A DNA stretch of 61,254 nt, the filler included, from Circinaria calcarea (lineage: Eukaryota), in NCBI GenBank assembly GCA_051942165.1. It is 7 parts of 7 records of this genome, joined end to end, with 100 filler letters (N's around TTAATTAATTAA, not from the genome) between each part and the next. Parts side by side here need not be neighbours in the genome. Positions count along the whole stretch, not along the records: positions 17,559 to 26,226 come from JAVECS010001075.1; positions 26,327 to 34,991 come from JAVECS010001076.1; positions 35,092 to 43,756 come from JAVECS010001077.1; 4 more parts are not named here. One strand, written 5' to 3'. Below, piece by piece: positions 25,000 to 36,424 of the stretch. Both the position numbers and the translations under genes were made by a program. The first letter of the stretch is position 1, and every line of letters begins with the position of its first letter. Under the pieces are notes generated by a model. It worked only from the letters and a program-made list of their open reading frames with translations, searched no databases and was not told the DNA's origin.

Positions 25000-26226
25000 C
25001 TAACCCGCTCGCTCGCTGGTCTCCTGCTTTCTCTTTTTCAACCTCACTTGCAAGCCAGACTGCATCACAAACCATCGGTTTTCCACCCTCCATACCGCAC
25101 CTTCTTCTGGCCCGACTAACTCGATCTGCCAACAGCGTAAGCATTTTGCCGCCCTTTGTCGCGTTGTCTGGGATGCGTCCCCGAGAACTCACATCGAAAT
25201 GCCTCAGGAGCGTTGGTACCACTTTGTAAACCTCCAAGTACGCTATATGCTTGCCTAGGCATGATCGATGGCCGGCTCCGAACTACAAGGGATGCAACAA
25301 TAAGCCATTCTTGCAACTTGGACATCGATGGCGAGTAAGAGTTTGAAGAGCCATGGATGGGACTGTGTCGAAATCCTCAAACCTACCGTCAGCAGTGCGC
25401 TCTCCATCTTCCTCCGCTTCTCGCCCTCACAGAGCCAGCGGCCTGGGTTCCACTCGTCGCAGTCTTCACCGTACAGGTCCCGGTCCCTATGAACCACCCA
25501 AGCGCTCATCCCTACGATTGTTCCCCCCGGGATACGTCGGTTGCTGATCGTAGCACCCTCTGGCGGTACAACCCTTTCGTAAGGCAGTCCGAAAGGCGGA
25601 TGGATTCGCCCGGCCTCCTTGACGCAGGCATCGAGATATGGGAGCTCGCGGGCCTGCTTCCACGATGCTATCGGATCAAGTTTACCGGCTGCTGCTGCGC
25701 CTTCGAGCTCGCTACGGAGTTTCTGGAGTGTAGGTGGGTGGGTCAGCAGCTGGTAGAAAAAGGTTCGCAAGAATATTCCGGTCGTGTCGCTCCCAGCGGT
25801 GATATTGGATGATGCCCAGACGCTTACGGCCCTGTTCACCGTGACTATTCAGTCAAGTCGCAATGAAGACATGGTTCAGGCCTTACTCTGGCGGTATATC
25901 TTTGTCCTGTGCTTCGATTTGCATGAAGCGGGAGAGAAAATCTCGGTTGTTGAAGTCCCAGTCGTTCTTTTGCGTTGTTCGTTGAAGTTCTCGTCTTTCC
26001 CGAACCCGCGACATGGCAAATGCCGCTCCTGGGCTCGCTCCCCCGCCTCGCATGTATCTTTGAATGGGATTGTTTGTCCAGAACACACCCAGCCAAGGCA
26101 TTTGCGTGACCTTCCGATTAGCTGTCATATCCTTGATCCATCTCCGGGACTTTATCCACTTACTAGCGAGGTTTGCTTAAATGCGTCCCAGATCGACGCC
26201 ATAACATGGTCCACATCTGTACCACT
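25000..26226 (-). CDS. Cytochrome P450 (pisatin demethylase-like), multi-exon, 5'-truncated
   Basis: AGSDTT I-helix, EAGR (ExxR), WNPGRW, heme motif FGAGHRSCLG; stop TAG at 25000-25002. Confidence 0.93.
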
Positions 26227-26326
26227 NNNNNNNNNNNNNNNNNNNNNNNNNNNNNNNNNNNNNNNNNNNNTTAATTAATTAANNNNNNNNNNNNNNNNNN
26301 NNNNNNNNNNNNNNNNNNNNNNNNNN
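26227..26326. other. Artificial contig linker
   Basis: 44 N + TTAATTAATTAA + 44 N. Confidence 0.99.
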
Positions 26327-26431
26327 GTATGAAGAGAGGGGTATTGGAAGCGGCGGGAGTGGGGCATCGGAGCGTCGCTGTTGAGTTAGATGATCTGATG
26401 GGTGAGAGTTGTAGTAGTCGTTGGCAGCCAT
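26327..26431 (-). CDS. 5' fragment of a gene (MAANDYYN...APLPPLP); family not assignable, possibly a rhomboid-type membrane protein
   Basis: ATG in good context (AGCATGG) running into the contig end; N-terminus style only. Confidence 0.4.
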
Positions 26432-27225
26432 GCTGAACGAGGGTAATACACAGAGGGAGTTCCAAGATGAGGTGCAAGAACGACGGCCGTGCGCGCGCTG
26501 CTTAGCCGTTACTAGTAACTGATACGGGTAGGACTGTTGTAGCAGAAACACAATCACAAATGCGGCATAGCGACTTGGTAGATGTAGGTTTCAAGTGCCA
26601 GTATATGTAGAAGGGTTAACGGCTGCCTGGTTGCGGGGATTTGGAGTTGCCGGTGAACCGGGTGTGACTTGGGAAATATCGTTGGAGAGGTACAAAGTCC
26701 AGTGTCGACGGTAAATGAAAGAGCTGGAGAACCTTTTCGATAGTGACAGAGGTTGAGTCGGTGGAATACAAAGGATGGAGGATCAGAGGCAAATAATTAT
26801 CAACAATCCGGGGACCTTCAGCTTCGGGCAAACAACGGGAATCGCATTAACTAAATATAGAATACCTACGCTAAGGATACACGCTAGCTACGCCAAGCTT
26901 CAGGAAACGAGAAGATCGCTGTGCAGCGTGTTTGATGATACGGACATGTGGCGTAGGTCTCGTCAGCATTGGAACAGAGCCGGCTTCTCTTTTATCCGTG
27001 CTGGACTTTCGGTGCCCTAAGCTCGATCTGAATCACTTACACATACCAGAGTAAATGTATACCCTACTGACTGGCTTGAATAGCATACGAGAGCGAATAA
27101 GGAACTTATTGCAATACATCGGAGAAACAAGGCTTGTTTGTCCAAATAGGAGGCTACCGCTCAGCCTATAAATACCAACAGGATTTCTCAAGAGTTTCTC
27201 GGGCAGACTTTAGCTTTCGGACATC

Positions 27226-28926
27226 CTACAAATTCCTCCTAAACCAGACCAAGTCCCCGCCCATGGCCGGTTCAATCATGATACCAAACTCTGCAGCCTG
27301 TGCAGCTTCGTTCACCTTGAACTCCGCCTTAGTCACTGCCTGCAACGTTTTTGAACCGTCGGTCATAGGCTTGTACCCATATCCTAGGAAATACTCGCCG
27401 CTAACATGCTCAAGTTCCACAACAATCTGCCAAATTCGATCAAGCATCTCCACACGTAGTCTGCCTGATGGCTGATCTGATGACGGGGATTGGTGCTCGA
27501 TCTTGTTGAGGGTTAGATTCACGGTACCGTAACCGGGTGATATATAGCTTCCCGTATATGCCTTTAGCGGAAGGCTTAAGGGAATGGGCTCCTTGGGTGC
27601 GTTGGGGTACAACTCTGCTCTTCCAATTTTCAACTGCCCATTTTCTTTCTCGATCATGCCATCAACAAGAGATCTCCAGTCAATCCTCTGCTCAGATGGA
27701 GTATCCAAAACTTTGTCAATCAAAGCAAAGAGTAATATAACTTGCGCAAGATTACCTGCCGGCGAGGCGTTGCCCATCATCGCAATGCCCCACTTCCGCC
27801 CCGGCATATAAAGCATCAGCGTACCAAACCCGGGTACAGCACCTCCGTGGTAGATTTGGGGCTCTCCACGGTAGCTGCTCATCTCCCAGCCAAGCGCATA
27901 CGTCGTGAGCCCTAGATGAGGGATGCCTATGTCTGGAAATGCCCGTGGTGTTCGAAGGGCAGCGTGGCCAGCAGATGAAATGGGTGGGGCCATGTCAATC
28001 ATGGCGCGCAGATATTTGGAGTAGTCCAAAACGTTACTAATGATAGCCCCAGCTCCCGAATCTTGGGGACCATCGGTATACTCTTCTCGAATATAACATC
28101 GAGTGCTGTTATCCCAAAAGTATGGGGTCGCCAGGGTTTTGTTTTCCTTGGAAACAGCATCTTTGGCATCTCGGACAGAGAAATACGTGCTTGACATCGA
28201 TAAAGGCTCCCATATCCGTATACGGAGGAAATCCCCTAGCCACATGCCTGTCAAAGTCTCGATGACATAGGCCAAAGTCATAAACATCATATTGCAGTAC
28301 TGCCACTTCGTCCTGATCTCGGCCGTCATCGGCAGGTTACGTAGATTCCGAACCAGATCTCGAAGTGTAGCGTTTGGCTGCCCATAACTAAGGTCGTGAC
28401 GGGGCATACCCGTACGGTGTGATGCTGCATCTTCCAAGGTGATATGCGTTGTGGCGTATTCGTCTGGCATGACAAAATCCTCGCGAATCAATGAAGAGAT
28501 TGGGGTCGTCCATTTCAGGGGTTGAGAGGAGTTGGCGGAGTCGTCTATAAGAAGGGAGATGGCAGCAGCCGTGAAAGACTTTGTCGTTGAGGCTGTCTGA
28601 TATAGGGTTTCAGGCGTTGCTTCCACATCGGGGAAGCGTGCAATCCCATAGCCCTATCAGGGAGTGAGTCTTCTGTTGGGCAAACGAATGTGTGCATCGC
28701 CAAGAATAGATGCGAACCAAAATACCTTTGCATAAGTCTGATTGCCATCAACGACCGCGATTGATAACCCTGGAAGATGCAGATGTTTCAAAGAATCTTG
28801 GACGAGCTTGTCGAACTCGGCATCAAACGGGGAGGATGGAGAATCTGTCAATGGCTTCTGGGAATCTTGTTTCCAGGCATGGCCCAGGGTAAGGAGGGCA
28901 ACAAAGCAGATTATAAGTTGCAGCAT
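27226..28926 (-). CDS. Secreted beta-lactamase/transpeptidase-like serine hydrolase (peptidase S12 type); intron 28654-28725
   Basis: Signal peptide; STTK (SxxK), LEDAASHRTG, WQYCN (YxN), HGG; C-terminal YTGSYISPGYG domain. Confidence 0.92.
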
Positions 28927-30145
28927 CTCGACTATCAGCAGATATAGATTACTACCTAGGGCTTTAACGCGAAAGAAGTGACTGGGTGAAAATTAACGGA
29001 GAGGCAAAGGTTATAAGAGCGGTGCCTATCACATTGATAGATTATTAGAAATATTCCATGTTATTTGACAGGAACAACATAAGCATTGAAGGGCTTGAAC
29101 AAGGCAACCATCCTCTCCTTTAAGAAAAGCATTGTACCAGCAAGTACCTACATGCAGGCGGCTGCGGCGCAGGTTAGATGGAATTTGTGATAGGCTCGTT
29201 CGTATCTCAGGACAACGATAACGCGCGGTCATGTCACGTGAACGGGCGGGGAATAAACTTGGGAAATCTCCGGGGATTGACGCGACAGCTTCTAGCGTCC
29301 TACACCCGCCAGAACGTCAAAGGTATCATCGGATTTGCTAAGGTTGACATATCTATTGAGCCGAGGAAGCTCTCTAGACTCTCGATCAAGCAGTTGCTAT
29401 ACAAGATGTGCCCATGCGCTTGCCACACACAAGAGACAGCCACCTGACAGAACACTTCAGTGGACAGTATGACTCAAACTAAGTGTTGGATCGAGTTTTT
29501 AAGTGCCTATATCCTACTAGGCTATGGACTCGCTGCAGCAATTTAAAAGAGAGCACAAAAAATCGCCCGAATTTTCCAGATTGAGAGATAACGACTAAGA
29601 GAAAAGCAAATTGGGATATCGCCAGCTCGACAGAGTTCAGAGTCTTATCCTTCCTAAGAGACGCTGTCAGTGGCTTATTCCTGTGCATTACGCGGGAAGA
29701 ATCTCACAAGGGCTTCTTTTATTAGTGGTTGTGTTTTTTGACTGATTACAGAGCTGCCGGGAAGAGGTTCCATTGACAAGGAAGCGTCGGTGCTCATCAG
29801 ATTCTTGATGAAATTGCTCCATTTGGTAATTCCCCTGAGCACCTGCAGTTGTTTGCTGGTTATTATTGTGGTGAGCAAGTTTCGACTCGGTAAGGTTGAT
29901 TTGAGCGGAGGTGGCTTTGCTGGGCCTACATTCCCTAGTCAGTAATGGCGAGTGAGGAGGGGTGAAAGAGCTACAGACGGCATGTTGACACTATGATTAG
30001 AGAGCGGTTGGCTTGGATATTCGAATATTCTGCAAACTTAGGTCCGAGGCGAACTAGAAAGCAGGAGATACTTGGCGTTTATGACGATAGGACGGCAGGT
30101 ACTTCATAATAGACCTGGCGATAGCAGACTTACTATATCATTGAA

Positions 30146-30230
30146 GAGGCCTACCAAATTTTGTGGAGGCCTCCTACCTTAAAGAGGCCTATCGTTTATG
30201 AGGAGGCCTACCACCTTTGAGAGGCCTACC
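30146..30230. repeat. Five GAGGCCT(ACC) units at 18-20 bp spacing
   Basis: Units start at 30146, 30166, 30184, 30203, 30221 with variable T-rich spacers. Confidence 0.75.
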
Positions 30231-31404
30231 ATTATTCCGAATCAACTCGTCACTCTCTGGCCGAGTACCGAAATGAGCCCGAGATGGCTTCCCATGTTCA
30301 AATCGGAGATAGGACTGTGCCACGATTGTCTGAAGGAGGGCCCACTACATATTAGCGGAGTTTTGCCCCCTTTAAAGAGGACCTAGCATGCGTGTAGTTG
30401 TGTCAACTACAAGCACGGGTTATACAACAGGGTACGTGCATGACCGAAGTGTCACTAGACCACCCCCGTTGCTTCTGGTTATTGGATATCTATGCTACAT
30501 GTTGTCGTTGGAATTAATACCGATGGTGTGCATGAGCGAGCGCAGACCACAATAACTCAGTCGATATACGCCGGCTATCGCAATTGCGCCAACATAAGCC
30601 AGAGCTGCATACAGAGGATCTATCTATGCACAAGGGTTAGGAAGTGCATGTCTTGGGGTCAATCCAGGTATAGACATTTCGGTATCAAACCATAAAAAGG
30701 GACCAAAAAACCTTACTAAACGAAGCATTCCAAGTACAAGACAAGCATCTCTCTTAGTTTTGCGGCCAACCGTGTAGAATCTACCTTGAAAGGGAATTCT
30801 TGCGGAAAGAGTAACGTTGAGTTGTCATTTGTTTCCTTCTTGAGATTTCGATTGGGCTCTGATGCACTATGACGGCATAAAAATTTGTCATGCTTTGCGG
30901 CCTCGCCATTCCAAGGCTTTCAAATCGCGTGATTACCACATCTATAGCCTTTCGCTGTGGTCCTTCATTGGCGACGGCGGCTACATTCAACTCATCAAAG
31001 GGAGGGCCTCCCGATGCCTTGGCATGCGGCTCTGGCGGCTAGTGGGAGGCCCGCCTACCAAGTTCCGCCTCGGTCCCCCATCCGTGTTACTCAGCCTCGG
31101 AGGCCTCCCACACGGCAGAATGTACTTAACCAACCGCCATTGCTCCGTCTTTTTCACCTGCCATTCTCAAAGTCCAACACACTTCACTCTCCTCTGCATT
31201 GAACACAACACAATTTGACTGGTAGATTCTCCCCCGACCTGCCAGACCTTGTGGTACGGCAAGAGAGGGAGTCTTTCGTGGATTAATCACGACAGACTCC
31301 TTTCAGGGCCTCTCCTTATTCCTTTGAACACAAAAGTCGCTGGTGCCGCGGGGACTTCGGGGTCCCCCCCTCAACGTCCCCGCAATCCTTCCCCAGGACT
31401 CTAG

Positions 31405-31501
31405 TTAATCCATGGGAAATAGGTACCGTTCCTCAACCCGAGCTGTCGGTTGTTCCTCGACAGCTCGGGTTGAGGAACGGTACCTATTTCCCATGGATTA
31501 A
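31405..31501. repeat. Perfect 44-bp inverted repeat with 9-nt loop (hairpin / foldback element)
   Basis: Arm 31405-31448 is the exact reverse complement of 31458-31501; TTAA at both outer ends. Confidence 0.95.
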
Positions 31502-31782
31502 TTCTAGTGCGGATGCCCCACCCGCAAGGGGTGCGGAGCATTCGCTCAATTGTTTACCGCTATATGTAAACCTTCACGATCTCCTCATCTCACCATCAGT
31601 CTCAGCTTCTCCTTGCTGTCAACCCACTTCTCCTTACATTGCACCTCTCACTCTCTCTGGTTTCCAGGATGAGAATGCCCTTACACAGGTCAGACCTATG
31701 GTGCAACATTTTATGTCCAGCTAAGTGTCCACTAATATTCTATAGTCTCTTAACGAGGAACCGGAATTATTCAATCGCCTAG

Positions 31783-32492
31783 GATGTACATATCCCACAT
31801 CCACGGAGCCCTTCATTGCTGCCGAGCCGCCACTACTTTCGCCTGCTATAGCGTCGCCTACTAACCTTGAGTTAGACGGAGTCTCCCAAGAATTTACATA
31901 TACATACTCGGCAGATCAGAATCCCCTATTTCCCCTATCACCGCCGGAAGGGACAACCAGGCGCTTCGTTTTCAACTCACTGGCCGAAGTCACTACCAGA
32001 ACAGAAGCCACAGCCTCATATACTTCTTCCTCTGAGTCCGGATCTGTTCCCAATGAACTGGCTAGTGAGAGTCCTGAGTCTGGTAGCCCCAGTCCGGCAT
32101 CTCGACGCCCGAGATACAATTGCCCGAGATGTGGTAGAACGTTTCTGCGTCCAACCGAACTCAAGTATGTCTTGAAGAGCGTTCTGTTTCCCTCCGATTG
32201 ATGGCTGTGCCGTTTCACGCCCAGTATCTGACTTTACTCTTATAGTAAACATGATAAGATTCATAAACGACCCTACAAATGCAGTGTCTCCGACTGCAAG
32301 GCCCTTGGGTTTTCTAGCCGCAAAGATCTTGCACGGCATGTCACGAGTTGCCACAGAGGTTTAGAAGGAAATCAATATTACTGCCCAGTTCATGACTGCG
32401 AGTACTCTGTCAAAGGCTTTCCGAGGAAGGACAATTGCCATCGACATATTCGAAAACAGCATGAGAGTTATGAGCGCGAAAAGCTGGACTGA
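31783..32492 (+). CDS. C2H2 zinc-finger protein, three fingers; intron 32165-32245; 5' end uncertain
   Basis: YNCPRCGRTFLRPTELNKHDKIH, YKCSVSDCKALGFSSRKDLARHVTSCH, YYCPVHDC..GFPRKDNCHRHIRKQH; absent from the ORF track. Confidence 0.8.
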
Positions 32493-34586
32493 TGATGTTT
32501 CCGATTCGAGCCTCATATGACTGTGTAATTCTTGGTTGTCGTTTCCGGCTCTATATTGCGGGCGTCTTTTTTATTCCAGTGAATACATGAACCTCTCTAA
32601 ATGTAGATCTTTCCTAGCAATTTGAGTTTCATTCTTACGCTGTAGTTGAACTTACAATGGCACTGGAATTCTGGTGTTTTTACAAGTCTCAAACGAGACA
32701 CAAAAGATCAAGATATTAAAGCGGATATCTTGCACTAATTGTGATACGCTGACCGAAATCACTCGATACATCGGAATGTGCGGAGAGTCATGATTGACCC
32801 TCATGCTATACCAAGGCTAGATCAAGCTACTAGAGGCTCTCTATCTAAGACACACTATTCGTATTAGCTAACTTGTTACTTGTCCACATACCGGTTGAGA
32901 ACACCACTCCACAAAGGCTCCAATTCCATCTGCGCTGTTAGCTGTTCCCCAGGTTCCAAAGACTGATTATATACTATGACAGACGAGGCTGACTGTCGCC
33001 CACAGCAATACCGTCGGCCTAACCCGATCCATGTCCGTCGGAAGTTATTGCTCTGGCGCGGAATGACGTTTGATATCCGACAAGTCTCTTGACTATGGTA
33101 TCCACAGTGGGAATTCAGCGTCAAGTCATTTGTGTCACACGGAACGTGCCTGGGTGCAGCGCCAATAGACAAGGGTTTGGGGAAGACGAAAATCATGTTG
33201 GGGAAGGGGAGAAGGAGAAAGCATGAGAGTTTGGAGGTATTTTTCGGTTGGTTGGGGTGGGATTCGGGTAGAATTGAGGAAGGGGGCACTATATGAGTGA
33301 CTTAATTGTGGAGAGGGCCTCGCTTTGTGTTCGTACTGTTTTACCCCTTGCCACTGCCACGTTCGGGGTTCAAGGGCGCCATTTCAATGTGCTCCGAGAA
33401 AAGTGCCAGGAGATGATTGACATACAGTTTCCGGGAACAACGACCGGTGGGTTCCCCCTATGTCTCTTGCTGTTACGTCCTAGCATAGCAGAGAGCAAAT
33501 TGAAGAAGTTTACCGGCGACGGCATGAGTCAACAACACGAATTGACTTGGAACAGGTATCTCCTCTGCATTAGGAGCTGTGGCCTCGGGACGTCGGAAGC
33601 GAGAAGGTTAGAATTACCTGGTACTTTGTTCCATTTTGTGTAGGCGGGAGAATTTGAAGGTACGAGTCAGAGCAACATTGTTCCCCAAAAGGAGGGTATG
33701 CGTTAAAAAGTACGTCAGGGTTGAGGCTATGTTTAATTTATGATGATTGCCTTTCCAAGAGGTTAGCTTGGTGGTGCACAGCCTTGCTATCGTGTCTCCC
33801 CAAAGTCAGGAAAGAGGTGAGGTAGAACCAAGTACTGTCAAGGCGGCGAACATGTGCAGAAGATGGCCCGTTGCAGTCGTGACAGCAGACGTGAGATATT
33901 CCAGCCTGCAAACACGTAGAGACATTGCATCCTTGTATTCCGTAGCCAGCAAACTTCACTTGTCTCTGCTATGGAGACTCCGTATATCTTCCACATCCGA
34001 GCCTGTGTCAGCAGGCAGCAAACATGGCGGCAAACCACCTCTCTCTACCCTCGGGTTCGCACCTAAAGAGCGAGTTGTTGTAGAGGATATCTCCCCGGCT
34101 GACAATCAACTTATCGGATAACATCCACCGAAGCCGAGCCCGTGATATTAATAGCGTCCGGTCGCTGAGATAATGGAGCTAGCGTAGCTAGTGCAGCCAC
34201 CAAAAAGCTTCTTACTCGGTTCGACCTGTCTACTCATGCACGATGCACGTGGTCAATATCCGTCGGCACCGCCTAAAATTCCATCACCTCTCCCCTTCAA
34301 AATCCCGAAACGGCTCGTTCGGCAGCTTTTGGCGTGTTTTGGTCGATTGGGAACCCTACGTCAGCCTCACTCGGATTCACTCTCCTGCGTGTGGATTGTA
34401 AAGGTATAAAGAATGGAAGGAGCCCCGTCCTTTCTTTCCTCCTTTCAGCCTTCTCTTTGAGATACATGTGTTGAGCTTTCATTCAATTGAACAGTTAGCC
34501 ACGGTTGCACCAGCTACCTCATACACCATACCTTCGAGCCTTTTTACAAAAAAAGGCTTTACTTTATCCTTCCTCAAATCAACACC

Positions 34587-34991
34587 ATGTTTTCATCCCC
34601 AATGCATCTTGCTACCCTCCAACTCTTCCTCTTCGCCCTGACTCTCGCCAATCCAGTACCGGCACTTGAGCCCGGTTACGGGATCAGTCCCACGTACACG
34701 AATTATACTGCCAAGCCGTTCTTCCCTTGTGGAGCATATGCCGACGAAGTGGCGGCCTGTCCCTATCGTTGCTACACCAAATCCGGCACTCTGCGTTCCC
34801 AGTGCTTCGATAAGCAGTCCGCCACCAACGCCATCAACTCCCTCCAAGATATTTGCGTCCAATGCGTCGTGCCCGACCAGCCAGAGGACTATCCCGGCGG
34901 CTGCCGGCCTCTCAACACCTACTTTAACACCACCGACAAATTCGCCTCCCGCCCATCGTACTGCGGCTTCGAGAACCACCGTCTGAGGGAA
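34587..34991 (+). CDS. Secreted cysteine-rich protein of unknown family, 3'-truncated
   Basis: Signal peptide, 8 Cys in 135 visible residues, strong C-ending codon bias. Confidence 0.75.
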
Positions 34992-35091
34992 NNNNNNNNN
35001 NNNNNNNNNNNNNNNNNNNNNNNNNNNNNNNNNNNTTAATTAATTAANNNNNNNNNNNNNNNNNNNNNNNNNNNNNNNNNNNNNNNNNNNN
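34992..35091. other. Artificial contig linker
   Basis: 44 N + TTAATTAATTAA + 44 N. Confidence 0.99.
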
Positions 35092-36424
35092 TCATTTGCC
35101 GCGTCATTGTAGCTTTTGCCGTAGCCCGTTCGCGCTGTGGAGTTTTTCCCGCCAAGCAGCGGCATGGATATGATACTTCGAACACTTTTGACGACAGATT
35201 GAATTGAGAAACCGTGGACAAGTGGGCGGAGTGTAGGAAGGCAAGCGGCAACAATGCCTACAGCAGATTCGATCATAGGCCACTCAATGATTGGGATGAG
35301 TAAACCTGCGAGAAGCGTAAGAATATGACGGCAAAGGAAATGGGGTGGTAGGTTAGTACTGACGAGAAGGATCAGCGTTTCTACGAAACTCTGAAGAGAT
35401 CATCAGCATCGCAAGTAGTAAGCCTTGTACATGACATACCGCCGCCCACAAGGTTCTGGATCACCGTTCTCGCACAGCTTGCAGCGACCGTCCTGGAGAC
35501 TATCAGCAAAGTACTCGGAAAATTAAGGAAAGGATCCTAGCTGACAAAACCCCAAGAAAGAATGTACAGCTGACCATAATCTTTTGTCGATAGGGTAGAT
35601 GGAGTTTCCAGACTGGTTTGTCAGCGTGAACAAGACACCGGGGTTTTGCCATAGGATTTACCTAGAGGGATTGGTACCACCAGAATCATGGCATCTATAA
35701 TAACGTCCGAGAATGCTTGTGCACGATACATAGGTATTGCATAATAGCAATGAGGATTGCGCCAAGGTGAACCAGGGCGCCCTTCGGCGGTCGTCCAGCT
35801 TTCCTCGACAGGATAGCATCGGAACAAACTCGCAAAGAAGAATGCCACAGTCCAGGCGATGACAATTGCTATCAGGCTCCAGGTAGTGATGTCGAAGATG
35901 CGCCCTCTGAAGATCCGGCGGTAGAAGAGTAGGACCGACAGTTTCGTAGGCCCAACTGCGAGTAGCTGGCTAAGCTGATTGAAGAAAATGACCTGGGTGG
36001 TGTGTTAATCGCGGGAACCACCCATGACTGCGGAGAATACCCACCTTTATGAAAATAACAAATCGTGTATCGGTAAAAGGTGCACCATCAGCTCCGAAGT
36101 TCAATTGCTGCCCTTCATTTCCAATTGCGGTGGCTGAACGGTCAGCAACTGGATCCCGTCCGCATCAAACGTCAAGACTGACCAATGATTATTATAACGC
36201 CCGTTGCAATAGTGAAGACCTTGGGACTATAAGCGTAATTCCAACGCTGCTTTTGGGAAGATATTCACCAGAGCAAAGAGTATCCACCAGTCATCCCATA
36301 ACAGGGGATTTTTCTTCAGTCGCCTAGCATAGAATCGAAGGGCAACGAAAGTACTCGCGACCACGGACAGCCCAATGGCTAGGGCGTATTGCTCTCCAAC
36401 GGTTTGCTTTGGTATCGTCAACAT
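35092..36424 (-). CDS. Pth11-like (non-CFEM) 7-TM integral membrane protein, about 8 exons, 3'-truncated
   Basis: ALRFYAR..WDDWWI, KLSVLLFYRRIF, DAMILVVPIPLVWKL, IESAVGIVAACLPTLRP. Confidence 0.9.

Noticed and set aside
29450..29950. Possible degenerate spliced gene on the minus strand (similar hints at 32.9-34.1 kb and 36.9-38.9 kb)
   Set aside because: No consistent reading frame or recognisable motif could be reconstructed
30146..30230. CRISPR-like repeat-spacer array
   Set aside because: Repeat only 7-10 bp, spacers about 10 bp, eukaryotic context, no cas genes
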